Shown: piece by piece, positions 10,123-18,218 of the stretch
How positions within the stretch are numbered: the stretch's first letter is position 1
Layout: every line of letters begins with the position of its first letter
NCBI GenBank assembly: GCA_043799405.1
Contig: JAZDNT010000002.1
Span: forward strand, 107,320-171,319
Direction of reading: 5' to 3'
Source: Candidatus Kerfeldbacteria bacterium
Lineage (GTDB): Bacteria > Patescibacteriota > Patescibacteriia > SBBC01
DNA length: 64,000 nucleotides
Translations under genes and position numbers: made by a program
The notes under the pieces: generated by a model
What the model was told of the DNA's origin: nothing
Database searches by the model: none
The model's input: only the letters and a program-made list of their open reading frames with translations

Positions 10123-11871
10123 TCACCGCTGGCCCCATCGGGCGCGAATCCCACCCCCGTAGATGGTTGTGACGTGCAGGCCCCGCAGGGCTCCCCATAC
10201 CCGGGCCGCATTCTCGAGGTCGGGTTGGCCCGAGTTGAGGTAGTCATACGCGAGGTCCCTGTCACCGTACCGGTCCAGCAGGTCGATCATGTCCGGGATC
10301 CACGACTCGTCACCCGCCCGGATCAGGTCGAGGCTCGCGCTCCTCGCCGCCGCGCGAGCCTCGTCCGGGACGGACGGGAACAGGGTCACGGCGGCCATCG
10401 CCTCGCCGATCCGATGCAGGTCCGCGGTGGGGTCGGCCCCTCGGCTGAAGACCTGCGCCCAGGTCAGCTCGCCGCACTTGAGTCGAGCCACCATCTTCGT
10501 GGCGGGGTCATGCGCCGCCGCAGCGACCCGCCGCAGCGAGGCGCCGTCCAGGAGTTTGCCGAGAGCAATCTTCGACACGTCTCGGTCGGTCGAGGCCGCC
10601 GCCACGCTCTCGAGGTCCGCCGGTGCACGCAGACGCCCAACCGCTGCGACGCGGACGACGTCAAACGGACCTTCCAGCGCCTGCTTGACCAGTTCCGTCG
10701 CCACCGCGTGCTGTTCGACATCCGCCGCCCGAAGTCGGATCCGCGCCTGCTCGGCCCGCGCCCGAGCAGCGGCGGCCGGTTCGCGAATCCGGGCGACCGC
10801 CGCGTCCCGCGTGGACTGGTAGAAGTCGGTCGCGGCGACCTCCTGCAGCGAGGACGGCTGGCGAAGCGCGCGCACGATCGCCAGCCTGACCTTTGCCGAG
10901 GATTCACCTCGGAGGAGCTTCAGCAGACAGCCGTCGTCTCCTATGCCTGACACGGCCGCTGCACGAACGGCCGCCCGCGGAGACGTCGCCAGACGCTTCG
11001 ACCCGCCCGGGTCCTCCAGCAGGAGCGTCGCCAGCACCCGCACCTCCGGATTCCTGTCTCCCCAGGCGAGCGCAGCCAGAAACGAGGGGTCGCCCAGCTT
11101 GAGCAGCGCGCATTCGCGAACGAACGGATCGGCCGCCTCGAGTGCGATATGGCCAAGGAGCTTCCGGTCGGTCATGCGGTGGACGGCGGACCTGCTCCAC
11201 ACTTCGCCGGGCCTACGCAGGACCTTATCGGCGAGGCTTCGTTCACGATCGAGCGCCTTCCGGGAGATCCTTCCGCCGGGCATCGCCCGGTGTTTGCCCA
11301 ACCCGAGAGCCACTGCCGAGATGTCGTCGTCGAAGGGAAGTCCTATCGGGTTTCCCTGGCGAAGACCCCATAATCGGAAGCTTGCCTCGGAAGCCACGGA
11401 CCGAGGGCTGCCTGTCCGGGCGAGCTCTTCCAGCAGGCGCTCGTCGGTGATTCCGTGGATGGCGATGTTGGCCACCTGCTCGAGAAGATCCTCGTCCAAC
11501 GTCCCCGCGCGAATGACATAGGGAATGCGATCGTCCTCGTCGTCGCACTCCACGGCGACCCTCGCCAAGAGCGGCTGGTCGACCAGTGTTCTCAGCGCCC
11601 ACCCGCGGATCCTCGGGTCATCGAATTCGATCACGACTCGCGCCAGGGACGACTGGGCGGGCGGGCTTCGGAGATCCAGTCTGTCCACTGCGGCCCGCCG
11701 CACCTCGGCGTCGGAGTCCCGCACGGCGACGCTGGCCAGAATGGCCTCGTCTCTCACCGCGCGGAGGGCCGCCTTGCGCTCCTGCGGGTCTGCGCTCTCG
11801 AGCCTGGGACTGCAACCGGCCATCACCGCGGCTAGGAGGATCCCAGCGACGAGGCTGCGGCCATGTCGCAT
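10123..11871 (-). CDS. HEAT-repeat lipoprotein (cargo of the RIT element)
   Basis: Start MRHGRSLVAGILLAAVMAGC (signal peptide plus lipobox-like MAGC) with GGGAGGGAG SD. Repeated HEAT-like units (DAEVRRAAVDRL, NPEVRVLATLLL, SAKVRLAIVRAL, FDVVRVAAVGRL). Confidence 0.7.
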   Translation of the reverse strand: MRHGRSLVAGILLAAVMAGCSPRLESADPQERKAALRAVRDEAILASVAVRDSDAEVRRAAVDRLDLRSPPAQSSLARVVIEFDDPRIRGWALRTLVDQPLLARVAVECDDEDDRIPYVIRAGTLDEDLLEQVANIAIHGITDERLLEELARTGSPRSVASEASFRLWGLRQGNPIGLPFDDDISAVALGLGKHRAMPGGRISRKALDRERSLADKVLRRPGEVWSRSAVHRMTDRKLLGHIALEAADPFVRECALLKLGDPSFLAALAWGDRNPEVRVLATLLLEDPGGSKRLATSPRAAVRAAAVSGIGDDGCLLKLLRGESSAKVRLAIVRALRQPSSLQEVAATDFYQSTRDAAVARIREPAAAARARAEQARIRLRAADVEQHAVATELVKQALEGPFDVVRVAAVGRLRAPADLESVAAASTDRDVSKIALGKLLDGASLRRVAAAAHDPATKMVARLKCGELTWAQVFSRGADPTADLHRIGEAMAAVTLFPSVPDEARAAARSASLDLIRAGDESWIPDMIDLLDRYGDRDLAYDYLNSGQPDLENAARVWGALRGLHVTTIYGGGIRARWGQR

Positions 11872-12507
11872 GTTCACTGCTCCCTCCCTTGCGAGGCCAC
11901 CCATCGCGCGATCGGACTCCTGGCTTGGCCAGACGTGTCCCCTCGAGCCCCCGTGGCCATGCATCACCTCCGACGCAAGGACCGAGAACGGCGCTTTCTC
12001 CGCATGGACTTGCTCTCGGGCTCAGGTGATTGGGCTGGCGGCAAGTGGCACTGAAGGAGCGACCCCATCCTGAGCAGGCCCCGTGCTGAGGTCAAGCGGT
12101 CAGCTAAGGCGCAAGACTGGTGGGCCGGAGGTGGCGGCCAGGCCGCCAAGTGGGGCTGCCAAGCTATGTGCCGGTGCGATGCGGGTGGGGCGGGTGCACG
12201 CGCCGCGCCAGCAACCCGACCTCCCCCGTCAGAAGAGCACGCAGCTCGGGCCCCCGCCACGAGGCCGCCCGGACATGCAACGGTGGCCCAATGTCCTACT
12301 TCTGGAAAAGTGGGACATTCCCGATTCGGCTGGGCAGGCGGGGGCCGGCCGGCGGCCGATCGGGTACCCGTCGCGCAAGAAAGACGCGGACCTGCACGGC
12401 CGCCCACAATGGAGTTGAAGTAGGTGACCGACCGGAGGTACATCTCTGCGGTCACCCCAGTCGCCTCGGGCCGGGGTCTCTGAGCGCAGCGTCCCACCTC
12501 TCCGTGC

Positions 12508-12568
12508 GCGTCGACACGAAAGACGCACGCACTGTTATGCGAAGCAGTGCGTGCGTTTCGTTCTAGAG
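12508..12568. repeat. about 60 bp repeat, copy 2, with a 12 bp perfect stem-loop
   Basis: cgaaagACGCACGCACTGttatgcgaagCAGTGCGTGCGTttcgttcta. The stem differs from copy 1 by paired compensatory changes (CATCG/CGATG versus CACTG/CAGTG). Confidence 0.8.
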
Positions 12569-12616
12569 AGCAAAGCGCGGTGGCCACTGACCGCGCATAA
12601 CCCATAGCCCAGCATA

Positions 12617-12889
12617 AGACCTCAGCCCGATGGCGAGGGCATAATCGGCGGCCGGCTTGCCGTTAACGCAGGTGAGGACCCCGAACATCTGGGCTCCATC
12701 TCGCGCGAGCGCGAAGGCCTCGGACTGGATCGTGAGGCCGAATCTCGGCACGTGGAGCTCTACCTCCTCGACGAAGCGGCCATACGGCACCGGGTGGTAG
12801 CTCTCCGTGGGTTCGGGCACGGGGATGGCGGCGAGATCGGCCTTGGTGGCCTCCCAGCCGCCGCGATGGACAACGAGCGTTCCGGACAT
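12617..12889 (-). pseudogene. DUF932-family protein, N-terminal fragment
   Basis: MSGTLVVHRGGWEATKADL...ADYALAIGLRS, then element-derived codons run on to a stop at 12563. The sequence continues logically into the fragment at 5674..6135 (GLRS | SYDRSLS...GSRTFVCDNL). Confidence 0.75.
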
Positions 12890-12919
12890 CGGTGGACTTC
12901 CTTCTTCGGGGGCGAGAAC

Positions 12920-13387
12920 TCAGAGCTGTTGCCGAGCGCGCAAGGACACGACCCCACGGCCGGCGACGATGACGTGGTCGAGGACGGAGATGCCGAGAAG
13001 CTCCCCGGCTCCGACCAAGCGTTTGGTGATCGAGAGGTCCTCATCGGAGGGCTCGGGGTCGCCCGACGGATGGTTGTGGACCAAGACCAGGGCCGCCGCA
13101 GCTTGCGTCACGGCCGGACGGAACACTTCGCGCGGATGAACGATCGAGGCGTTCAAGGACCCGATCGAGACCGTCTCCTGGCCCATGACCTCGTGCCGGG
13201 CATTGAGGAGCAGGACGAGGAAATGCTCCCGGCTCTCCTTCCGGAGCTTCGGCCCAACGAGCCGCACGACATCGTCGGGTCCGCGGATCTCGGGGAGCCT
13301 CCGGCCTCGGTAGCGGCGCCGTGTGAGTTCGCAGACGTACACGGGGAACTCCTGCAGGGGCGGGAATGAAGAGGGGCTCCGGATCAC
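12920..13387 (-). CDS. radC: RadC-like JAB/MPN domain protein
   Basis: Motif LVHNHPSGDPEPSDEDLSITKRL...LDHVIV is typical of the RadC/DUF2466 family. Confidence 0.85.
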   Translation of the reverse strand: MIRSPSSFPPLQEFPVYVCELTRRRYRGRRLPEIRGPDDVVRLVGPKLRKESREHFLVLLLNARHEVMGQETVSIGSLNASIVHPREVFRPAVTQAAAALVLVHNHPSGDPEPSDEDLSITKRLVGAGELLGISVLDHVIVAGRGVVSLRARQQL

Positions 13388-13589
13388 GTCGATCAGGAGC
13401 CCCGCGGGATGGAAGGAGCGAAGGAGCAGGAACAGGTAGGGGCGGCGGCCGTCAGGGGTGCGACTTCAGCGGGCCGCCTGCGTGGCCCCCGATAGCACGT
13501 CAGGCGTCCACGCTTGGGCGCCCTCCGTCGGGCCGCCGACACCCTCCCTGTCTACTCTGTTGGCATGTCTCCGGGAGGAGACGGGCTGC

Positions 13590-14360
13590 TTACTCCCCGC
13601 GCCAACGCTGGCAGTGGGCGAAGTACTCGCACTCGCTGCAACGCCACGATGGGTTGGGGTAGAAGTGCTCGGTCTGAATGGCCAGGGCGACTTGCTGGAT
13701 GAGCCGGGCGGTCCAGCCGAGGTCCTCGACCGTGCGGGTGGTCTCGTGCCGCTCCAGTCGAGGCTTGGTCGTCTTGAGCAGCATGTCGAGCCGGAGCTTC
13801 GGGATCGTCCCGTGGAGAAGGAAGAAGGCGAGGGCGTACGTGGACAGCTGCAGGTGCCGCTCGAGGCCCCCTTGCTCAAGGGTCCTTGCCGCCGTCTTCA
13901 GATCGACCAACGTCTCCCCCTCCTCCACGAGATCGACGACACCGCGGAGCCGCACGTCGAGCAGTTCGCCGGTCTCAGGATCGGCGAGGTCCAGCTCGAA
14001 GGGCTGCTCGACGGCGACGGGCTTCACTCCGTTCACGGACTCCATGTAGAGCTGGAGCATGGCGCGGCCCTTCTCGGCGAGAGAGTCCTTCGACTCGGCG
14101 CCAGTGAAGACCAACGGCTCCAGGTTCTGCGCGTACCAGTCCGCGTCGAAGATCTTGAGGACCTCGGTCAGGTCCGTCGTCCTGCCGGCGAGCCGTTCCT
14201 TGTGGAACCACTCGACTGCTGCATGGACAGACGAGCCGAAGGCGAGCGCGGAGGCCCGCCACGGCCGTGGAATCTGGTCCACGTACTGGAAGCGGTACTT
14301 GAGGGGGCAGCCGAGGTAAGCGTTGACCTGGCTGAGGCTAGAAGTCCGGGGTTGCTCCAC
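13590..14360 (-). CDS. PD-(D/E)XK nuclease, Cas4/RecB-like, with Cys cluster
   Basis: VVDLVEEGETLVDLKT (D...DxK), QLSTYALA (QxxxY). An N-terminal Cys (GCPLKY) plus C-terminal CSECEYFAHC fit a 4-Cys Fe-S site of Cas4/AddB-type nucleases. Confidence 0.75.
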   Translation of the reverse strand: MEQPRTSSLSQVNAYLGCPLKYRFQYVDQIPRPWRASALAFGSSVHAAVEWFHKERLAGRTTDLTEVLKIFDADWYAQNLEPLVFTGAESKDSLAEKGRAMLQLYMESVNGVKPVAVEQPFELDLADPETGELLDVRLRGVVDLVEEGETLVDLKTAARTLEQGGLERHLQLSTYALAFFLLHGTIPKLRLDMLLKTTKPRLERHETTRTVEDLGWTARLIQQVALAIQTEHFYPNPSWRCSECEYFAHCQRWRGE

Positions 14361-15030
14361 GGCCCGCTCCCTGGGGGGCAGGGTTCAGAAGCCGGTCAAT
14401 CATCGCCGTGGCCGCGGGCTTGGTGACCTCGGACAGCGAGCCCACTTGGAACAGGTCCTTGAGCCTCTCCTCGGCCGCTTCGCGCTGGTAGCCCTGGCCC
14501 GCCATGAGGCGGAAGAGGTACCGGCGCTGGGCCTCGGACATTGGCTCTGACCCGTTGCCGGATCGAGGCGCTGACTTCGGGGCTCCGTTCCCGTTCCCAC
14601 GCGGGCGCGCGGGAGTCGGGGTCTTGACGTGGCGTGGGGAGCGCGACGCAGGGGGTGCACCCGACCCGGGGCTTGAGTCCCGGTCCAGGCTGACGCCGTC
14701 CAACTCCTCGAAGGAGACGACGCCGACGTTGACGGCGTCACGGAGGGCGCGGGCCTTGGCCCGGGTCTCGGCCACGCGGATCAGGTGCGGGGCGAGGAAG
14801 TCCTCGACGCTGCCGGGATCGGCATCGCCGAGGCCCTCGAAATGGCCCCGCTCGACCTCGACGACCGCCTTGACGATCGCGAGGTGGCCGTTCTGATCGC
14901 TCGGGGTAGTGAGCAGCTCGGTCTGGATGGACTTAAGGCCCTCCTCGTGGGCCTTGGAGAGGAGTTCGGCATAGACGACGGCTTCCCGGGGCTCGGCAGG
15001 CGAGCCGGGGGCGATATTCTGGGCCTTCAT
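14338..15030 (-). CDS. hypothetical protein, possible DNA-binding/annealing partner of the adjacent nuclease
   Basis: 230 aa. Its stop overlaps the nuclease start by 23 nt. Conserved-looking core (RVAETRAKARALRDA), Pro/Ser/Gly-rich linker, helical C-terminus. Function not recognised. Confidence 0.45.
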   Translation of the reverse strand: MKAQNIAPGSPAEPREAVVYAELLSKAHEEGLKSIQTELLTTPSDQNGHLAIVKAVVEVERGHFEGLGDADPGSVEDFLAPHLIRVAETRAKARALRDAVNVGVVSFEELDGVSLDRDSSPGSGAPPASRSPRHVKTPTPARPRGNGNGAPKSAPRSGNGSEPMSEAQRRYLFRLMAGQGYQREAAEERLKDLFQVGSLSEVTKPAATAMIDRLLNPAPQGAGRGATPDF

Positions 15031-15182
15031 GGGAAGGCTCCTTGTCAGGGGGCGAGTGGGTCTGCCGAATCACGTGCAGCAGCGCTTTCTATAGGGTACG
15101 TTCGGAGCACTTACAGTCGTAGGAGGGCTAACGCGCTGGACGCGGCGCTCACTGTGGACGACTGCGCAAGGGACTAGGCTCC

Positions 15183-16583
15183 ATGAGAGACATGCTCTTT
15201 GTCAGCCATGCGAATCCTGAAGACAACGAGGCCGCGCGCTGGTTGGCCCTCCAACTCGCTCGCGAAGGCTATCCGGTCTGGTGCGACCTGACCAAACTTC
15301 TCGGGGGTGAAGACTTCTGGCGCGACGCTGAACAAGCTATCAGGGAGAGGACAGCTAAGTTCCTCTACGTTCTGACTCGCGTGTCGAACGACAAGCAGGG
15401 CGCGCTCGACGAGTTGCAGGTTGCCAAGAACGTCGCCCGCGAACACAAGTTCCACGACTTCATCATCCCGCTGCGGTACGACGATCTTCCGCCGCGTCAG
15501 GCCAACATTCGCTTGGCAAACCTCAATTCCGTCCCGTTTCACGGTGGCTGGGCTGCCGGTCTTGCTCAGCTCCTCCAGAAGCTCGCGGAAGAGGGCGTAG
15601 CGAAGGATCCCCGTTTCTCACCGACGTCAGTCGCGAAGTGGTGGCGTAGGTTCTATCGTAGGGAGCAACTACTTCGGCGGGAGCCCGAGAGACTCGTCTC
15701 GAACTGGTTTCCGGTTCTCGACCCACCGCCGTTGCAACTCCACGAGCTCCGCTCGCGCGATGCTGTCTCGGAACTGGAGCTTTCCAGAACGCTGCCATAC
15801 CCAGCCATCCAGCATGAGGAGTGCCTCGTCTCATTTGCCGACGCGCATGACTTCGCCGAGGCACTCCCAGCTGGCCTTTCGGTGGTGCGCTCGCGGCGCC
15901 TCATGCTAACCCGTGATGCTGAAGACGAGCGGCGCGAGTGGTGGACCTTCGACCAGGAGCACAACGCCCTGATCGCGCTCCTTCGCCAAGCCTGGGTGAA
16001 GCACCTGCGGGATCGGGCCATGCCGACCTACGTCTTTGCGAGCGGTGGCGAGTCGATGTACTTCACCTCGGGCCTAGCCTCGGAGGACCGGGTGTACCTT
16101 CCGTCGAAGAACGGCGGCCGTCAGCCCTACCGGCAGGTGCTCGGCTTTGCCACAACGCGAAAGGCCACGGCCGAGGCGCCAGCGAGGCTGCGGTACTGGC
16201 ACTTTGGCGTGGAAGCGCGGCCGACGCTTGATCCGCAGCTTGCCTACGCGATGCGGCCGCATGTCCTCTTCTCTGACGACGGGCAGACGATCTGGGACAA
16301 CAAAGACCTCCTGCACCGAGCGCGCCGCAACCAGTGTAAGCAGTGGTGGAACGACGTCTGGCGAGACCGCCTTCTCGGAACGGTCCTTTGGCTCGCGGAT
16401 GGCAAGGAGCATCTCGCCCTGTCTGCGGGGTCCAGTCAGACCTTGCTTCTTGCCACGCGGCCGCTCGAGTACACCTCGCCGCTGACCTACGACGATTCGG
16501 GCTTCGAGGGCCCACCGCTTGATGAGGGAGACGATGAGGACATCGAAGAAGAAGCCTCCGCGCCGGCGAGCGGGTCAGTCTAA
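15183..16583 (+). CDS. TIR-APAZ protein (SPARTA effector subunit)
   Basis: N-terminal TIR-like domain (LFVSHANPEDNEAARWLALQLAREGYPVWCD, ...GALDELQVA...). Long APAZ-type region (SNWFPV, YWHFGVEA, KQWWNDVWRDRLL). Acidic C-terminal tail (DEGDDEDIEEE). Sits directly upstream of a short pAgo. Confidence 0.85.
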   Translation: MRDMLFVSHANPEDNEAARWLALQLAREGYPVWCDLTKLLGGEDFWRDAEQAIRERTAKFLYVLTRVSNDKQGALDELQVAKNVAREHKFHDFIIPLRYDDLPPRQANIRLANLNSVPFHGGWAAGLAQLLQKLAEEGVAKDPRFSPTSVAKWWRRFYRREQLLRREPERLVSNWFPVLDPPPLQLHELRSRDAVSELELSRTLPYPAIQHEECLVSFADAHDFAEALPAGLSVVRSRRLMLTRDAEDERREWWTFDQEHNALIALLRQAWVKHLRDRAMPTYVFASGGESMYFTSGLASEDRVYLPSKNGGRQPYRQVLGFATTRKATAEAPARLRYWHFGVEARPTLDPQLAYAMRPHVLFSDDGQTIWDNKDLLHRARRNQCKQWWNDVWRDRLLGTVLWLADGKEHLALSAGSSQTLLLATRPLEYTSPLTYDDSGFEGPPLDEGDDEDIEEEASAPASGSV

Positions 16584-16638
16584 GCCAACGCTCAGGCCTC
16601 CTCACCGCCGGAGTCGACTCCAACGCGGATCGATCCTC

Positions 16639-18138
16639 GTGCTGCGGGAGCCAAGGGTCCTCTTTCACCACAGCCAAGCACTTGAGGACCCACGTGATGG
16701 CCTGACGCTCTTTGGCCCGCTCGAAGGCCCGTTCGGGCTCCGGATTGGGGTCATCGGCACGCTGTACGGCATTCGCCTATACCGCGCGTGGGCCGAGCGC
16801 ATCCGCGGGCCGCTCGCGAACGAGGTGGGGTCGTACCTCTCTGATCCACACTTTCCCGGGTTCGAGTCGGCGTTCCGCATCCCGTGGCAGCTTGAGCCTG
16901 CGCTCACGATCGAGGTTGACCCCGAAGAGCTCGATCGAGTTGTACACCACGGCGACCCTCACCAGCGCGTCTTTGCTACGGTCGCCCTATTTGCCGAGCC
17001 GATCGTCGCGGCGCTGCGGAATGAAGAGGTCAAGGTCGACGTCTGGTTCGTGGTCATCCCGGATGTCGTGCACGAGAACTGCCGCCCGCGGTCTCGCTTG
17101 CCGCTCGATGAACGCACCGAAGATGATGCACCGGCGCACATCCGCGCCAAGGAGGCGCGGGAGCTTTTCGATCAGCCCTCGCTTTTCGCGGAAGATCACG
17201 AGGCGGCCACTCCGTACTACTTCGAGGTTGACTTCCACAACCAGCTCAAGGCCCGGCTCCTCGGGAATCTGGCGCCCACCCAGATTGTTCGCGAAAGTAC
17301 GCTCGCCTTCCCACCGAAGGAGGTGCGCCTACCGCCGGGTCGCGACAAACGCAAGCTCCAAGCAGCGGTGGCCTGGAGTCTTTCAACCGCCGCCTTCTAC
17401 AAGGCCGGCGGGAAGCCCTGGAAGATCGCCGAGATCCGCAAGGGCGTGTGCTACGTCGGGCTCGTCTTCAAGCAGGACGTAACGCAGCGCGATCCTCGCA
17501 TGGCATGCTGTGCCGCGCAGATGTTTCTGGACTCCGGAGATGGGACGGTCTTCCGCGGAGCGGTTGGGCCATGGCATTCATCTGAGCGCCACGAGTTTCA
17601 CCTTAGCCACGCAGCGGCTCGCGAGCTCATCGCCGTGGCGGTGGCCTCGTACGTAGACAAGGCCGGGCATCCACCACGGGAGCTCTTCATCCACGGCAAA
17701 GCGTATTTCGAAGATGAAGAATGGGCAGGTTTCCAGGCAGGCGTCGACGCGCGAATGACCACGCTCGTCGGCGTGCGTATCCGAGACACAGCAGATCTGC
17801 GGTTGTACCGGCCTGGCACTCACCCGGTCTTGCGCGGCACAGCTCTCGTGCGTGGCCGCAACTCTGCGTACCTGTGGACTCGCGGATTCGCCCCGCTCCT
17901 GCGTACGTACGTCGGACGCGAGGTCCCGAAGCCGCTCCGGATCGATGTGCTCCGTGGCACGGCCGAACTGCGCAAGGTCCTTGCCGACATCTTGGCTCTG
18001 ACCAAGCTCAACTTCAACACCTGCATCTTTGCCGATGGCCTGCCAGTTACTTTGCGATTTGCGGATGCTGTCGGCGAGATCCTGACAGCTGGTCCCGTCG
18101 GGCAGAGCAACCCACTCGCGTTCAAGTACTACATCTGA
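16639..18138 (+). CDS. short prokaryotic Argonaute (MID-PIWI only; SPARTA sensor subunit)
   Basis: PIWI hallmarks AAFYKAGGKPWKI, CCAAQMFLDSGDGTVFRG, LTKLNFNTCIFADGLPVTLRFAD, C-terminal ...LAFKYYI. About 500 aa, so it lacks N/PAZ domains. Start is uncertain: GTG 16639 (chosen by expected length), or ATG 16522/16534, which overlap the upstream gene. Confidence 0.85.
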   Translation: MLREPRVLFHHSQALEDPRDGLTLFGPLEGPFGLRIGVIGTLYGIRLYRAWAERIRGPLANEVGSYLSDPHFPGFESAFRIPWQLEPALTIEVDPEELDRVVHHGDPHQRVFATVALFAEPIVAALRNEEVKVDVWFVVIPDVVHENCRPRSRLPLDERTEDDAPAHIRAKEARELFDQPSLFAEDHEAATPYYFEVDFHNQLKARLLGNLAPTQIVRESTLAFPPKEVRLPPGRDKRKLQAAVAWSLSTAAFYKAGGKPWKIAEIRKGVCYVGLVFKQDVTQRDPRMACCAAQMFLDSGDGTVFRGAVGPWHSSERHEFHLSHAAARELIAVAVASYVDKAGHPPRELFIHGKAYFEDEEWAGFQAGVDARMTTLVGVRIRDTADLRLYRPGTHPVLRGTALVRGRNSAYLWTRGFAPLLRTYVGREVPKPLRIDVLRGTAELRKVLADILALTKLNFNTCIFADGLPVTLRFADAVGEILTAGPVGQSNPLAFKYYI

Positions 18139-18218
18139 TGTTAGGCGCAGATTGGTAAACGCACGCAGCCTGCTGCATCGCTGTGGGACACGTACTCACG
18201 CACGAACGGGGCAGGGCC

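Larger units (their letters stand above)
6136..12619. mobile_element. Recombinase-in-trio (RIT) element with cargo, inserted in the DUF932 gene
   Basis: Three overlapping tyrosine recombinase genes. Termini are CTTATGC (6139-6145) and GCATAAG (12612-12618), inverted relative to each other. More copies of the heptamer lie near both ends. Boundaries inferred from where the DUF932 reading frame breaks (+/- about 5 bp). Confidence 0.75.

Noticed and set aside
11964-12605. 213 aa minus-strand ORF (and 9755..10198) spanning the hairpin repeats.
   Set aside because: The translations are Arg/Pro/Ala-rich. They read straight through the two stem-loop repeat copies, giving the similar peptides ERNARTASHNSACVFRVD and EPNARIAFHNDACVFRYV only because the DNA is repeated. 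No start context was found.
16519-16638. N-terminal extension of the pAgo ORF (MMRETMRTSKKKPPRRRAGQ...).
   Set aside because: It overlaps the acidic tail of TIR-APAZ in another frame, is extremely basic, and would make the protein longer than expected for short pAgos. It is kept only as an alternative start.
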